The notes under the pieces are model-generated. The model saw nothing but the letters and a program-made list of their open reading frames with translations, made no database searches and had not been told where the DNA came from. Both the position numbers and the translations under genes were made by a program. DNA of 62,890 bases, filler included. It is 9 parts of 9 records of this genome, joined end to end, with 100 filler letters (N's around TTAATTAATTAA, not from the genome) between each part and the next. Parts side by side here need not be neighbours in the genome. Positions count along the whole stretch, not along the records: positions 23,532 to 28,930 come from SRR15195285_513; positions 29,031 to 32,805 come from SRR15195285_517; positions 32,906 to 39,365 come from SRR15195285_520; 6 more parts are not named here. The stretch is one strand, 5' to 3'. Positions 23,844 through 33,159 of this stretch are shown piece after piece (position 1 is the stretch's first letter; each line of letters opens with the position of its first letter).

Positions 23844-26800
23844 CTAGGCCGGGTCAGCCTGCTCGCTGACTTTCATAGCCTGCCGCTTCATCGTCTCAGT
23901 CAACGTGCGCAGTCGCTTTCGCTCCCGCCGCTACCACAACAGTGGCAAGCAAAACAAACACGCGACCCGCACTGTCAGCATTGGGTACAGGTATAGACCA
24001 GCAACACAACACAACCTGCTATCACCTCGACGACAAATCGTACCGGTTTGAGCAGCCGAACAGCATCCGGACGTTCAATCATTTCGGACAACTTGTCGAT
24101 CGCGTTGATGTAGGGCTCTTGCCACTGTTTAAACAATGAGAGCTGGGCGCGCTTACTAACCACGACTTCTGACTCCGGTCCGTGCTCATCCTCCAAGAGA
24201 AAAATGGCTTTCTCCAGCAAGAATTCACGAACGTAGCTGTTTTGCAAGCGCCACGTCACACGTGAGAGTGATAGACTTGCACCTGTGGCGTTCGGCATGC
24301 AAACGATCGTTGGGACGCACGTGAACTTGACCACACGGCGCGACTCAAACATTGATTTCGCGGCGTCCATCAGCTCCTCACAGTCACCTTCGGCAAAATG
24401 CTTGGAGTGGCCGTCACCGAACCCGTCATATTTGCGCATTTGTTCGCACCTGCCGGTCGGTGATGCGACAGCACATGTGGTTAGATGGCACATGGCAGAA
24501 GGCAGGTTTCGGCCGAATCTGCTAGCAACGAGAGCGCATGTTGATGCACGAGTAATAGTCACAGTTGCGCCGGCTCACATTTTTTGCACATCCGCCCATT
24601 GCTTGTCTTTGAGCTTCTCAGCGTTGATCTGTGTCGCAAACTTGTCCGAGATGTCCTTCCACCTGAGCAGCGCGGCCGCATCCAAGCCCAGTCAGCTGGC
24701 ATATGCGAAGGCCGCTCGGACGTCCTCTACTGTTCATCGAGTCTCGTGGCACATACCGGTCAAGCTTCTTAGCTTCCTCGTTGACACCAGCCTCTATTTC
24801 CTTCTGATCGACATTCTTGCAATTGAAGAAATCATTGTGGTACCTGTGCAACAGAATTGCAGGGCGCACAATGTAAAGTGACTGTGAGCGGGATGCACTA
24901 GCTGACGCTACTGCCGAAAGCACATCACGGCAGAATGCCCAGCTCTACGCACTCCATGCGTGTGCGCTTTCCGTCCATAGTCTGCTCCTCTGTTCCGTAG
25001 TACGGGCCGCCGCACTGCCAGCACCTGTCAGCAGAGCACCTCATGTGTTGGCGATTGATATGGTCATATGGTCGATCAAGCGGAGAAATAGCTGTGAATC
25101 GCACCAGTGAAAACCGCACGGGCATGCCCACATGTGATTGCACCCTTTGTCTTTGTATATCATCCGCCCACACCCATGTGTCTTCGTGTACTCACCAGTT
25201 GTGTGGAACTTGAATGTTGGGTGCTGCTTTCTGAAATCGTCCACCATCTGTTGGGTCGGACAAGGCTTGCAGAAAGTGTTCAGGTACTGCTGGGTCTCGA
25301 CGTCGTCCGTGAAGCGCTTGTTCCATTCCTGGAGCTCTTCGCATGATGCTGGCGCATGCGATTCGTCCTGACAGCGGTAACAAAACTCGTAGCCACAAAT
25401 GCATCGCACCGTGACAGCCCGGTCGGCATGATCGACTGTCGCCTTTCGCGCGTCCATTGCATGTCCACAGTCCGGGGCAGGGCAAAATTTGATTGTGCTT
25501 GTTGCGGTCTGATCTTTGACATATGACTCAGCTAGAAATCGGTGGTATCGCTGCAGATGAAGCGTATCCACCAAGTCCTCAACGAAAGCTTCCGGCACTA
25601 ACACATTGCACTCCTCGGACATGCACTTTAGCCCGACGACTTCACCAGAGTCAATGCAGGTCTCGAAATAGCCCTTCCAGGCTTCGTTGCTGAATCTGCA
25701 GCCCCCCTCGATCGTTCCCTTGCACGCACAGAAGTCCAGGCCAGACCAGTCGGACGTGTCCTCCATGCTGACCGGACAGAAAACTGTCTCTCCAGTCGAC
25801 CGATTGATCACCTCGGACACATCATACTCCAGCTTATTCAGCTGCAAAAATTCGTCGGGCATCTCATTCGCACGACGGAACTGCCGGCGAGCCTCCTGGA
25901 TGTCCCATTGATAGTTCTTCATAACCGCTGCAGCCGCCGATTTTGGGATCCCAAACTCGTTCATCACATCCTGAAGACCCTTCTCGCGCATCTTCCAAAG
26001 CGTTTCCTCATGAACAGGTCTAAAACCGTACTCTTTCACAGTCCGTTTTCCAACCGGGTTCCGAACAAGCGCCGCGACGTGGTCCTCGTTGGGATCGTCT
26101 TCTTCCTCTACCTCTTCGGCATCCTCATCGCTCTCATAGAAATGGTGGTCCTCGTCCGAGTCGATCTCGTACTCAACCTCACTCTCATACGACACCTCGC
26201 TTGCATCGTCGTCATCACTGACGCCTTCCATGTCCGCACGCTCCTCCTCTGTAAGACCGGGAGTCGACTCCGTATCAGAATCGTCGTCGGACCCTCCCCA
26301 TTTTAGGCGCGATCCGATCGGGCGCACCGGCATATCGTCCTCGTCAGACGACTCAGATTCTATCTCTGCGGCTGCCGCGCCGGCTGCCTTGGCAGGGCCC
26401 TTGACTGGCTCTGTAAATGGCTTGACCTCGCGTCGGGGCCGCCGCCGGGTTCTCCGCATGCCCATGCCGCCCATGCCGCCCATGCCGAACATTCCCATCT
26501 CCATCTCCATCTCCATCCCCATCTCATCAGGGAACTCTGGATTCCATCCCATCATGTCGTCAGGTACAGGCACATCGGTCGCCATTGCCTGAGCGCCGCC
26601 TGCACGCTCTTCCTCAGCTCGCATACGCTTTTCTTCTTGCTCTGCCGCATAAGCGCCGGCCGCCTCCTGAGCGCGACCTTTCAAGGTCGACTCGCGGATC
26701 GCATCCAGAACGCTGTGCGGACCTTCCTCGCCTTCCATCTGTGCGGAAGCCCCGTTTTTTAGCAATCCCAGTATCATCCCCTCCAGTCCAGCCTCGCACA

Positions 26801-27704
26801 CGTAGTGCAGCGGAGGATGCCCCTCGTGGTCCACTGCATCCAGTTCAGCGTTGAACGTTAGCAACAGCTCGGCACACTTTTCGCGGTCTGTCTCGGATTT
26901 ATGGCGCAGCACCGTGTGCTCCGCTCGGTTCGCGTCGAACAGGTGGCACACATGATGCAATGCAGTGCGACCCGCATGGTCAGGTCTGCTCGGGTCAGCG
27001 TTGTGCTCCAGCAGAATCTTTGCCACGTCCGTTTGGCGGTGCATCGCTGCAATGTGCAGCGGCGTGAAACCCTCGGGATCAGCGCTGTCGAAGTTGAAGT
27101 CTTCGGTGGTCGGATCAGCTATGGTACGGCGCATGAAGGTCACATCGCCCTGCTCCGCTGCCGCCGTGAGGTTCTGCAAGGCTTCACTCCATGATCGGTA
27201 CGCCTCCTGTGCGACACGGGCCGCCTCCTCTGGCAAGCCCTGGGCGGGGGGCGTGCCAATCCCCTGCATCACGAGCGCGCGCACTACCGAGCGGGACTCT
27301 TCGGTGTCCTCCATCGACTGCATGGCATAGTGAAGCGGGGCGTTCCCTGCTCCGTCCGCGACGGTCGCGTCCGTCCCGGTGATGCCCAGGATTTCGCGCA
27401 CGTAGTCGAGCCGGTCGGCCGCGAGCGCCGGTTTGATCTGTGCGAGCAGCACCGCGTGGTGCAGGATGGTGCGCCGCTCCTCGCCGAGCTGCACGTTCGC
27501 GAACTTGCCGAAACGACGCAGGATCTGGAAGGCGCGGCCGTAGTTGCCCTCGTCGAGCGCGACCCCGAACAGCGCGAGTGCCCCGTCCTCGTCCATGCTG
27601 CTCAGCTCGGCGGCCGACAGCCCGCCGTCTAGCCCCGGCGCGGGCACGGGCAGCGGCACGCCGCCCCCTCCGGCCGGGCCGCGGCGGCGCCCTCGCGGGT
27701 GCAT
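23844..27704 (-). CDS. Ankyrin repeat + RBR (RING1-IBR-RING2) + Ariadne-domain E3 ubiquitin ligase, ANKIB1/ARIH-like; about 6 introns in the 3' part
   Basis: Ankyrin motifs GFTPLHIAA, GRTALHH, GHPPLHY; acidic tract; IBR FCPAPDC..CICGYEFCYRC..HAPASC; RING2 GCNHM with catalytic Cys. Introns 25104-25025, 24952-24844, 24756-24663 and 24578-24450 plus two more give Ariadne-like ESRRVVKFTY..LFKQWQ. Predicted stop TAG at 23846-23844. Confidence 0.88.
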
Positions 27705-28758
27705 TCGCGCTCCGCTCTAGGCTGCAGCCTCGCCTGTCCTTTTCCTTGCCTCACACACACCCTCTTCACGAAACCACGCACACCAGCCCCAGCGCCCTCC
27801 GTACGCCTCCCCCTGCCCTCCCCAGCGACCTCCCAGCACCCTCCGCCGCCGCTGCTCAGGCGGAGCTCCTGCCTTACCTCCGCAACCCTTGCCGCCCACC
27901 CCTCGCAGCGACAACAAATCCCAAAGCAGTCGCCTTTTGCAGCCCGAACCAAACCCAGGGGGCCCACTGACCCCTCAACCTGGGGAAAAGCCCTCCCACC
28001 CGCTCCCTCCTATCACACCTCCTGCCAACAACCTACCCCGACCCAACGCTCCAGGGGGGGCCCAATAACGGCCGTGTAACGCTTCTTGGTCTGAAAGTCG
28101 ACCGTGTCCCCTCGTTGTGCTTTGCCGCAGCGTCGATTGAAATCTCCGCGATGAGCACTACACTCTACTGAGTATGGAGAACGCACTGAGAAATGCAGCG
28201 CCGCCGCTCGGCCTACCGAGGCGCTGAGTGGTGCTCGCGAATTAGTACTGGAATTGCGGGGGGGAATCCCTGAAAAAGCGCTTTTGCGGAGATTGGATGG
28301 GGTGCATGTTAAAAACTCGTAATACTTCTGTTGAATGCTTCGGATGATATCAGCCACAGTGAGTGTTTTGAATTTCGTTGGGTACTTTGATTTACAACAT
28401 GGTAGATCTACCGCATAAACTATAGATAATTTGCGATGTCTGACTCCCACAATGTCTGACCCAGCTTGCAAGCATGTACACGTACACGACAAACGGATCA
28501 GCCGGATACCGCAACTGGAACCGGTTAGTACGAGTTTATACAGAGACGCAAAATTGCAATTTCGCAGCAGAATCCCTCAATCGACTCAAGACTGTACGTG
28601 TACTAGATTAGTACGGACACGTGCACGGGTTATCCACTTTTCCTGTTTCCATCCTCATGGAATCCACCCGGAATCCACCCGAAAAACAATCGGAATCCTC
28701 GGCGGGGGGAAATTGCTGCATTGATCGAGACCAGTCCAGGGAGTGACAATGGCTTGTA

Positions 28759-28800
28759 CTAGTACTGTACTACTAGTATGTAGATCTAGTACAGTACTAG
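28759..28800. repeat. 14-bp perfect inverted repeat with 14-nt spacer in a GTAC/CTAG-rich intergenic patch
   Basis: CTAGTACTGTACTA (28759-28772) and TAGTACAGTACTAG (28787-28800). Confidence 0.8.
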
Positions 28801-28930
28801 CTAGTAAACCGGTAGTAGGTCTCAGAACGAACGGCAGGTTTTTCAAGACCTGTTTCTCCCGTCTACATGTACTGAAATTCAGTTATGCGTCTAATGCCCA
28901 GATCCCCTATCAGTCAATCTCTAAACAGCA

Positions 28931-29030
28931 NNNNNNNNNNNNNNNNNNNNNNNNNNNNNNNNNNNNNNNNNNNNTTAATTAATTAANNNNNNNNNNNNNN
29001 NNNNNNNNNNNNNNNNNNNNNNNNNNNNNN
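28931..29030. other. Artificial contig linker
   Basis: N44-TTAATTAATTAA-N44. Confidence 0.98.
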
Positions 29031-29060
29031 TCAGCCGTTATCAGCCGTTATCAGCCGTTA
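29031..29060 (+). repeat. 10-bp tandem repeat (TCAGCCGTTA)x3 at contig start
   Basis: Three exact copies, truncated by the contig edge. Confidence 0.9.
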
Positions 29061-29176
29061 CGCTCATCGCGCTGCAGCGTCTACATCGCCGGCCTAACGC
29101 AGTGCAGACTGCAGTGGGATTCCTACACCCTCCGTCGACGTTGGTTAAGTTCCCTAAACGCAATGCTAGTTACTAC

Positions 29177-29704
29177 AGAATGGTACTATTTTCCAGACCA
29201 GACTGCATAAAATGTTAAATGAAAATACCTCGGCGCTTGGTTTGCGTGGATGAGGACCCAGAGTAGCGTGCATGGCCTAACGGACCGTGGCACCATCACT
29301 GGCTCAGAATGAGAATCGAGAGTCACGTCTGTCGTGTAGGAATTCCTACACTCAAGATCCGACTCACGGCCAAAAAGTGGCAGTGCCCAGGTTGTGGAAG
29401 GTTGTCATCTGGGTTCTTGTTCATAGTTCAAGCGCCGGTGATCACTCCGATCAGGGCTGTAAAACTGAACAAGGAGTTGCGTTCAGTTCCAACCGCCGGA
29501 TCCCCGGCACGGCAGCTATAATCCGGAGCAGTACCAGTAGATCTACTGCTAACTATTGATAATACATGTACGGTAGTAGGAATTCCTGGTACTCGACCTG
29601 TACCCAGCAACTGCTTGATAGAAATGGTACGATTTTCCAATACCAGACTTCAGAAAACTTGGAAAGAAAAATGCCTCGGCGCTTGATGTTCTTTTGCATG
29701 AGGA
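29177..29704 (+). repeat. Diverged ~80-bp direct repeats (29177-29256, 29620-29704) flanking an 18-bp perfect palindrome (29334-29351)
   Basis: Both copies read AGAA(A)TGGTAC.ATTTTCCA..ACCAGACT.CA.AAAA..GAAAA(A)T.CCTCGGCGCTTG..ATGAGGA; palindrome GTGTAGGAATTCCTACAC. Confidence 0.7.
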
Positions 29705-30212
29705 TCGAGTCGTCGATTTCCCACCGTCTGAGTGTCTCGCCCAGGCGGACCCACTGGCGATCCACTGCCTGGGCGATCCACTGCGCGTCAGGCGAAATTC
29801 GTCAACGCTACGCTCGTTCATCTCAGCTGCGCATCATATTAAGTGGATTTGCTCAAAAGCGCGACGGGAATTCCTGCAATGTGAGGGCATTTGGCGGTGG
29901 AATTGAATTCAGGTGAACGGTCTTCGCTGATTAACGGTTGGTTTCGCCGGTTTAAACGGCTGGACCGCAGCAACGGCTGTGCAGGCGGGTTGCGAGGGGT
30001 GATCTTTGTGGTCTGAAGGAGGCGTGCAGCTACGTGGCAAGGTGGCTGGCGAAGGCCGTGCGCATTGGCGCGGTGGGAAGGCGATCCGATCCGCGGACGA
30101 GCTGCGCAGGCGAGGAAGTGCGTCAGGTCTGGCTGCGGCGTGCATTTGGGAACTGGCGGGGCGTGCAGCGGCAGGGACGCGGTACACGGGTGGCCGGGCG
30201 AGGGAGAGATCG

Positions 30213-30911
30213 ATGCCGGGCAAGCAAGCGCGGAACAACGAGCCGCCGCTCAGCCGCGCGCAGTCGCGGATTGCTGCGAGGATCCTGCGCCAGGAATTCG
30301 ATCCGGCCACGCACACACACTTCGCGGCCGAGTCGAAGCCGAGACTGCTCGCAGCCGTGAATGACGCGTTCAGCGCGCACGAGCCTCCGCTCCCTCCGAA
30401 CTACAGCTACCGGAAGATGGAGGACTGGCGGGCAAACTGCGTCTATCGGCACAAGTGCCGGCAGCAGAAGAAAGCCCAGGAGAGCTGCGAGAGCGGGAAC
30501 AAACGCAAACGCGGACGAGCGTCGTCGGACGAGCTCGCCACCCCGCCCAAGCCTGACGGTGCTCAGGCCAGACACAAGAAACGCTCGCCCAAGACGCCGC
30601 CAAACTCGCGCATGGCGCAATTGCTCGAACATGGTACTGGGTTTGGAGCCACAACGGCACAGCTGGTGGAGCAGCAGCTCTCGATGGCGCCCTCAGAGAC
30701 CCGGACGTCCATCGCACAGCCTGGGGTGCTGGGCGACACGACGAACGACAGTTTGTATCCCGACACGGTGCTCACTATCGAGGAGCCTTGCAGCGGGCTC
30801 TACGGGTTAGATGCGCCGGTTATCGTAGATCCAGTCTGGGTGGATATGGCTGGATCGCAGACTGTCACGCAACGCCTGGAGAGCTCGCTCTACTGGCCAG
30901 CTTACGAATAG
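30213..30911 (+). CDS. Small basic nuclear protein (~232 aa), possible divergent homeodomain
   Basis: ATG at 30213 within a 301-codon ORF. Three predicted helices end in KMEDWRANCVYRHK (W..N..R.K, as in homeodomain helix 3). NLS-like KRKRGR and KKRSPK. Confidence 0.5.
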   Translation: MPGKQARNNEPPLSRAQSRIAARILRQEFDPATHTHFAAESKPRLLAAVNDAFSAHEPPLPPNYSYRKMEDWRANCVYRHKCRQQKKAQESCESGNKRKRGRASSDELATPPKPDGAQARHKKRSPKTPPNSRMAQLLEHGTGFGATTAQLVEQQLSMAPSETRTSIAQPGVLGDTTNDSLYPDTVLTIEEPCSGLYGLDAPVIVDPVWVDMAGSQTVTQRLESSLYWPAYE

Positions 30912-31274
30912 GATGTAGAGCTCGCATTGTAATAACACCCTAACATAGTTCATAACAAGATTACATAGCCACCTTGTCTCGCGGTGGCCGCGCCGCGCAT
31001 GCCCCGCAGCATCTGGCCGCAGCGTGCAATTGGAGTGCAGCTTGGCAATCAAACTGAGCATGCAGTGCAGGACACACGAAGCTACGGCTTCGCAGTGCAA
31101 GACAAACGGCGCGCACGAAGCATAAAGAAAACGGGTAGGTCAACGCGGCAGTGATCATTAGTGCTCTGAGACAAAAGACAAATACGCGCCAAGGCAATGC
31201 TGACAGGGCTCCGAGGCGAAATCAAAATCGCTCTTCAATTTTGGGACCATCAAAAGCAATTTACTACGCTGCAG

Positions 31275-32805
31275 CTATCGCTGCATCTGCTCGAACATGG
31301 CTCTCATCTCGTCGCGCAGCGCGCGCATCTCCACCAGCTCGCTTGATTCCACGACCCTGTGCCCTTCCTGCGTCGCGGCTACCTTATCGGAGTTCAGCGA
31401 TTCGACCTCAGCCCTGAGGCTCTTGATCTCTTCCGCCATGGCATCGTTCCTGCTGATGAGTTCCTTGACCGCGCCGACCATCTCGAGATAGATGTAATCG
31501 TACTGAACGTGGTTCATATCCTTGACCACCAGGTCATCATGGCCTGCCGCCTCGAACGTCCGGTCGAATTGTCGCACGGCATGCGGTAGAATCTCGGCCA
31601 CCTCCTGAGCAATGAACCCCTTGGCGGCTTTCTCGTTCGGGTTCTTGCTGGACGCGGCATATGTATCATGGAGCTTGTATTCGCGTAGCCGCAGCTTACG
31701 GAAAATATCCAGAGAGTCGGCAGGCGACGCATCCGTGATGTTGCGCTTGATCCGACGGTCAGAGACTTGCAGATCGAAGCCGTTTACAGTCATGGGCACA
31801 AACGTCTCCACCTTGCCGGAACTCAACTCGAAAACCTTGACATCGTCGACTCTGAACTCCATCTTGCCGTTGGAGCGCGGTGGTGAATCTTCGAGATCGA
31901 CCGTCTCCGTGATCAGGATCTGCGTTAGAGAGCCACCTGTTGCGGTGTCGCTCTGAATTTTGATGTCACCTGGACTGCAGGCAGCTGTGAGGGTGTTGAA
32001 ATCAGCGAGAGAAAGGTCGATTAGAGATCCAGGATTGTAACCCTCTCCCATCGCCACTGTCGGATCACACTGGCCATAATTGACTGTGCCGTCCGCATTC
32101 GTAACTGGGTTGCCAGCACTGATCGTGACGGCTCCACCCTTAGCGTTAGTCCCAGTGCCCGTGCCACCGGCAATCGTAAGGTCGTCCACCTCGCCCATAT
32201 TTCCACCGACCGATGCAAGGCTGCTGCCTATCTGCAGCACCAGTGGGCTAAAGGATTGGACGGCGTCGCCGGTAAGTCCGAGAGCTGTCTCCAGTGCCCC
32301 GCCGTCTGTCACCTTGAAACTCAGTGATTCATCAGCCGAAACCACGTCAGATGTGGGACTGAGCTCCAGGTTCACGCCAGCAGCGAAGGTTGCCTTGGAC
32401 GCTGTCACTGTCATGGCGACTGTAGCAGCACACGCCTCCTCGTTCGTGCCTGCCGTGGCGGTATCATCTGGAGTGTAGGTGCATCTGCCGGCAGCTTCAC
32501 ACGAGGTTTGGTCCGCGGCTGGGTCGGTACCACTTAGGTCGACGGCAGCACAGTTAACTTCGTGTTGCACGGGTGTCGTGGCATCACATGACTCCTCATC
32601 GACGGCGCCCGTGCCGGCATCGTCTGGTGTGTACGTGCACTCGCCCGCGGCCACACACGAGGCTTGATCAGCTGCAGCATCCGCTCCAGCGAGATTAACA
32701 GCGTTGCACACCGCAACGTTGGCTGTGGTTGTACCCGGGGCCAGGTACAAGTCACCTTCGCCCAACATCTTTGAACCACCGTTGAGCACCAGGTTCTTCT
32801 CGGTC
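31275..32805 (-). CDS. Fibre-like protein with C-terminal peptidase S74 / intramolecular chaperone (ICA) domain and coiled coil; 5'-partial
   Basis: SDRRIKRNI autocleavage motif (Ser 31763-31761, Lys 31748-31746), KGFIAQEVAEILPHAV, YDYIY..GAVKEL plus coiled coil. Upstream are beta-rich LTIAGG..GGAVTISAG and two ~44-aa Cys repeats. Confidence 0.88.
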
Positions 32806-32905
32806 NNNNNNNNNNNNNNNNNNNNNNNNNNNNNNNNNNNNNNNNNNNNTTAATTAATTAANNNNNNNNNNNNNNNNNNNNNNNNNNNNNNNNNNNNNNN
32901 NNNNN
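32806..32905. other. Artificial contig linker
   Basis: N44-TTAATTAATTAA-N44. Confidence 0.98.
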
Positions 32906-32943
32906 CTGTGGATTGAATCCTGAGCCAGCCTGTGAGACGGACG

Positions 32944-33114
32944 GGAGATGGCCATGGAGATGGCCATGGAGATGGAGATGGAGAGCTGAAACAGGCAGTG
33001 CTGCCCACCAGGACGTATCCTCGACTGCAGCGTGCCCCCCGCCCCCCGACCCCCCCCGCGCGCCATGGAGAGCTGAAACAGGCAGTGCTGCCAGGACGTG
33101 TCCCCGACTGCAGC
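32944..33114 (+). repeat. (GATGGM/CATGGA)n microsatellite plus a duplicated ~50-bp unit upstream of the EF/IQ gene
   Basis: GGAGATGGCCATGGAGATGGCCATGGAGATGGAGATGG, then two copies of ATGGAGAGCTGAAACAGGCAGTGCTGCC..AGGACGT..CGACTGCAGC (~32978 and ~33065). Confidence 0.75.
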
Positions 33115-33159
33115 TGGGGTTGCTCTTGCAGCGTGGCCCCGCCCCTTCCCGCCCGGCAA

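Noticed and set aside
31275-32805. Prophage or endogenous virus suggested by the S74 domain
   Set aside because: No capsid, terminase, integrase or polymerase genes nearby, and the flanking DNA looks eukaryotic
32932-33159. N-terminal extension MRRTGDGHGDGH.. of the 909-aa ORF
   Set aside because: Starts at GTG and translates the upstream microsatellite and duplication; the first ATG in frame is 33160
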